Positions 61,195 to 64,000 of a DNA stretch of 64,000 nt are shown here, one piece after another. The stretch spans positions 57,252-121,251 of the forward strand of contig JBIOVV010000008.1 of NCBI GenBank assembly GCA_044867925.1. Direction: 5' to 3'. Numbering within the stretch: position 1 is the stretch's first letter; every line of letters starts with the position of its first letter. Origin of the DNA: Solirubrobacterales bacterium (GTDB lineage Bacteria > Actinomycetota > Thermoleophilia > Solirubrobacterales > 70-9). Under the pieces are notes generated by a model, which ran no database searches, was not told where the DNA came from, and saw nothing but the letters and a program-made list of their open reading frames with translations. Both the position numbers and the translations under genes were made by a program.

Positions 61195-62010
61195 ATGAGG
61201 CGGGCTCTGATCTGGATAGCGGTGGCGGCAATCGTCCTCTTCTGCCTCTTCCCCTTCTACTGGTTGATCAACACCTCGCTGAAGGCCGGCGCCGACCTCT
61301 CCACAGCCAGCCTCCTGCCACCCAGTCCGACGCTCGACAACTACACCTCGATCTTCGAAGACGCCGCCTTCACCAAGGCGCTCCGAAACAGCGCGATCGT
61401 CGCCGGCAGCGTCACCGTCCTCTCGCTGCTGATCGGCTCCTTCGCCGGCTATGCCCTCGCCCGGCTGCACCTGCCGTTCAAGTTCCTGATCCTGGCGATC
61501 CTGCTCTCGATCTCGACCTTCCCGCCGATCGCGATCGCGGCGCCGGTCTTCGAAATCTGGACCGACATCGGCCTGTACAACACCTACCTCGGCCTGATCC
61601 TCCCCTCGCTCGCCTTCGGCCTCCCGCTCACGGTGTACATCCTCGCCACCTTCTTCCGCGACATCCCGCGGGAGCTGGAGGAGGCGGCGCTGATCGACGG
61701 GGCGACTCGCTTTCAGGCCTTTCGCAAGATCGTGATTCCACTCAGCGCCCCCGGCGTCGTGACCGCCGGCCTGCTGGTCTTCATCTTCGCCTGGAACGAG
61801 TTCCTCTTCGCGATCACCCTCACCAGCACGCCCGACCGCCGCCCCGTCCCCGCGGCGATCGCCTTCTTCACCGGTAGCCAGCAGTTCGAGATCCCGCTGG
61901 GGACGATCAGCGCCGCATCGGTCGTCGTCACGGTCCCCCTGATCGCCTTGGTGCTGATATTCCAGCGCCGAATCGTCGCCGGTCTCACCGCCGGCGCCGT
62001 CAAGGGCTGA
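61195..62010 (+). CDS. Sugar ABC transporter permease (MalG/ThuG-like)
   Basis: The EAA loop is EAALIDGATRFQAFRKIVIPL, with 6 TM segments. Confidence 0.9.
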   Translation: MRRALIWIAVAAIVLFCLFPFYWLINTSLKAGADLSTASLLPPSPTLDNYTSIFEDAAFTKALRNSAIVAGSVTVLSLLIGSFAGYALARLHLPFKFLILAILLSISTFPPIAIAAPVFEIWTDIGLYNTYLGLILPSLAFGLPLTVYILATFFRDIPRELEEAALIDGATRFQAFRKIVIPLSAPGVVTAGLLVFIFAWNEFLFAITLTSTPDRRPVPAAIAFFTGSQQFEIPLGTISAASVVVTVPLIALVLIFQRRIVAGLTAGAVKG

Positions 62011-63311
62011 TGACGAGGTCCAGGCGTCGCCATGCGGCGTCCTCGGTCGCCCGCATAGCGCTGCTATTCGGGCTCCCTGCGTCCTTGCCTGCCAACGCCT
62101 GGACCTCGTCATCGCGGGGAATTCCCGAACTGGGCTCCCTGCTCTCGTCGGCGGGCTGGCCCTATGCGAGCGCCGAGTCGGTGGCGGCGGAGGATCCCGG
62201 TCGCTTCCACGCCCTGTTCGGCCGCGACTCGGCGATCGTCTCGCTCGAGCTGCTGCCCGCGCGGCCCGAGGTCGCCCGCGCGACTCTGCGTGCGCTCGCG
62301 TCCCTGCAGGGAGTCGCCGCGGACCCCGAGACCGACGAGGAGCCGGGCAAGATCGTCCACGAGTGGTGGCCGAGCGCCCCCGAGCGCCTGCGCCGGGCCG
62401 GCTGGCCCGTGCGCGACGGGGAGCTTCGCTACTACGGATCCGCCGACTCGACGGCCTGGTTCCTCGTCCTGCTCGCCTCGCTCGGCGAGCGCTCGCTCGC
62501 GAGCGAGCTCGAGACCCGGTGGCGGGCGGCGGCAGGCTGGCTGGAGAGCGCGCTCGAGCGCGGCGAGGGGCTGATCCGCCATGGGCCGCGCCGGGCGCCG
62601 GGAGGGCTCGCGCAGCAGGGCTGGCGCGACGCCGAGGACCCCACCGACCCGGCCGGCCACGGCGCCGGCATCCTGGACGACCGCGGAAAGGCGCCCGAGC
62701 CACCGCTCGCCGACGCCGACACGCAGGCGGTGACCGTGGTGGCGCTCCGCGCGCTGGCCGTCCTCTCGGGTGAAGAGCGCTGGGCCGAGAAGGCGGCGAG
62801 GCTGACGGCGGCGATCGGCGAGACGTTCGACGGCGAGACCCTCGCCCTGGCGGGGGGCGGCGAGAGAGTCGCGGGGGCCGGCTCTCAGCTCGGCTGGCTG
62901 CTGTGGGCAGACGCCCTGCCCGAAGCGGCGAGGGCGCGGGTGGCCGATCGTCTCTGCCGCTCCGACGTCTTCACCCGCTGGGGCCTGCGCACCCTCTCCT
63001 CCGAGCACCCGCTGCACGCGCCCGATGCCTACCATCGCGGCGCGGTCTGGCCCTTCGACTCTTGGCTCGGATGGGGCGGGTTGCGAGCGGCGGGCCGACT
63101 CGGGATGGCGGAGCAGCTGCGCCAGGGCATCCTCGAGGCGATCGAGGCGATCGGCCCGGCCCCGGAGCTCTTCGCGGTCGACCGCGCGGGCCCGAGGCGG
63201 ATCCCGATCGCGAACCGCGTCCAGGCGTGGACGGTGGGCGCCCGCTGGGCGCTCGAGAACGAGTGGGACGGCCGAGCGGAGGCCCTCTTCGGGCGGCCGC
63301 CCCGGCGCTAG
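62010..63311 (+). CDS. Amylo-alpha-1,6-glucosidase (glycogen-debranching-enzyme C-terminal, six-hairpin) family protein
   Basis: FGRDSAI, YYGSADSTAWFLVLL, GWRDAEDP and YHRGAVWPFDSW blocks. The start overlaps the upstream stop (TGATGA). Confidence 0.78.
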   Translation: MTRSRRRHAASSVARIALLFGLPASLPANAWTSSSRGIPELGSLLSSAGWPYASAESVAAEDPGRFHALFGRDSAIVSLELLPARPEVARATLRALASLQGVAADPETDEEPGKIVHEWWPSAPERLRRAGWPVRDGELRYYGSADSTAWFLVLLASLGERSLASELETRWRAAAGWLESALERGEGLIRHGPRRAPGGLAQQGWRDAEDPTDPAGHGAGILDDRGKAPEPPLADADTQAVTVVALRALAVLSGEERWAEKAARLTAAIGETFDGETLALAGGGERVAGAGSQLGWLLWADALPEAARARVADRLCRSDVFTRWGLRTLSSEHPLHAPDAYHRGAVWPFDSWLGWGGLRAAGRLGMAEQLRQGILEAIEAIGPAPELFAVDRAGPRRIPIANRVQAWTVGARWALENEWDGRAEALFGRPPRR

Positions 63312-63697
63312 CCGGACGCCTCCGCGACAGGGGCCGACCCCGCCCGGCGCCACGACGCGTAGAGAGCGATCGCGACCAGCGGGGCGATGAAGTCGGCCCA
63401 GAGCGTCAGGCCGGTGTTGTCGGGGGCGTGGTTGTCGTGGATCGCCGCCTGGTGCAGGTGGCCGTAGGCGTCGCCGAGGTAGCAGATCGAGACGGCGATC
63501 ACGGCCGCGAGCAGGAAGCCGTCGCGAAAGCGGGCGCAGAGCACGCCGAGCACGCCGATCGCCAGGTCGGCGAAGCCGACCTCGGTCTGGAAGCCGCCGT
63601 CGCCGTTGCTGAAGCCGATTTCGCGGGCGGTGTCCGGGCCGTCGAAGAAGTGGAACATCGAGCCGAAGATCGCGGCGATTCCCACCGCCACGACCAT
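63308..63697 (-). CDS. Integral membrane hypothetical protein
   Basis: 129 aa with 3-4 hydrophobic segments. The N-terminus is uncertain, because a 34-aa hydrophobic ORF at 63706-63810 lies just upstream in another frame. Confidence 0.5.
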   Translation of the reverse strand: MVVAVGIAAIFGSMFHFFDGPDTAREIGFSNGDGGFQTEVGFADLAIGVLGVLCARFRDGFLLAAVIAVSICYLGDAYGHLHQAAIHDNHAPDNTGLTLWADFIAPLVAIALYASWRRAGSAPVAEASG

Positions 63698-64000
63698 CCA
63701 CCAGATCAGGAGATTTCGAGCGTGCGGGCCTGGCTGCGCGGCCGGCTGTCGCGGTGACGATGGATCGTCGCGCCGATCAGGGCGATCGCGGCGAAGACGA
63801 GAAACGGCATGGCTTCCTCTCGACGATTCGGCGGCACCTGATTATGTGTCCCGCGGCAGACGAGGTCGATGCGCCGGGGCATCGCGCGCGCGAGGAGGGG
63901 GGTCGACAGGCGCTCGCTCGAGGCCGAGTCGGGGCGCAGCTCAGGCGGGTCTCGTCGGCTTGAGCAGTCCCCAGAGCGAGACGACCGCCCAGGCTCCCTC

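Noticed and set aside
60271-62703. 810-aa minus-strand ORF
   Set aside because: It is antisense to the two ABC permeases and the glycosidase. It has an Arg/Glu/Asp/Gly low-complexity translation.

Overview
This is a high-GC bacterial chromosomal segment. Hand-counted lines give about 70-72% G+C. The gene content looks actinobacterial, but the taxon cannot be fixed from the sequence alone. I support about 75 protein-coding genes and two tRNA genes, Arg-TCT and His-GTG. I saw no rRNA and no CRISPR array. Many long ORFs in the track are antisense 'shadow' frames typical of high-GC DNA, and I rejected them.

From left to right the window contains:
- the right-hand end of an integrated element (MT-A70 methyltransferase, excisionase-like HTH, small ORF, tyrosine integrase);
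- a TetR / CMD / SDR module with a perfect palindromic operator;
- msrA;
- a large GT-C-like membrane protein;
- an arsR-arsM-arsC-MFS arsenic cluster;
- a Crp/Fnr regulator next to a two-gene secreted-protein module;
- an ArsB/NhaD-type permease with a CBS protein;
- a phosphoketolase-acetate kinase operon placed back-to-back with a ZIP transporter;
- two ABC-2 exporter pairs;
- an OmpR-type regulator, a PAS-PAS hybrid kinase and a REC-PAS-HD-GYP signalling cluster;
- an acyl-CoA dehydrogenase;
- a DJ-1/PfpI protein;
- an acylphosphatase::LigD-phosphoesterase fusion;
- a low-GC single-gene islet;
- a class III alcohol dehydrogenase;
- a cNMP-binding thioredoxin-reductase-like gene divergent from an NhaA::DsbA fusion;
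- lon;
- a sugar ABC importer with a GDE-type glycosidase.

I found no canonical defence or mobile system beyond the integrase module. The most unusual items are:
- the low-GC islet protein and its paralogue beside the integrase;
- the acylphosphatase-LigD-PE fusion;
- the lineage-specific secreted proteins with repeated Cys motifs and polybasic Cys-bracketed tails;
- the arsenic cluster, which has an MFS pump in place of ArsB/Acr3;
- several compact, leaderless-looking divergent promoters.

All functional calls come from reading motifs in the translations by eye. No database search was run.
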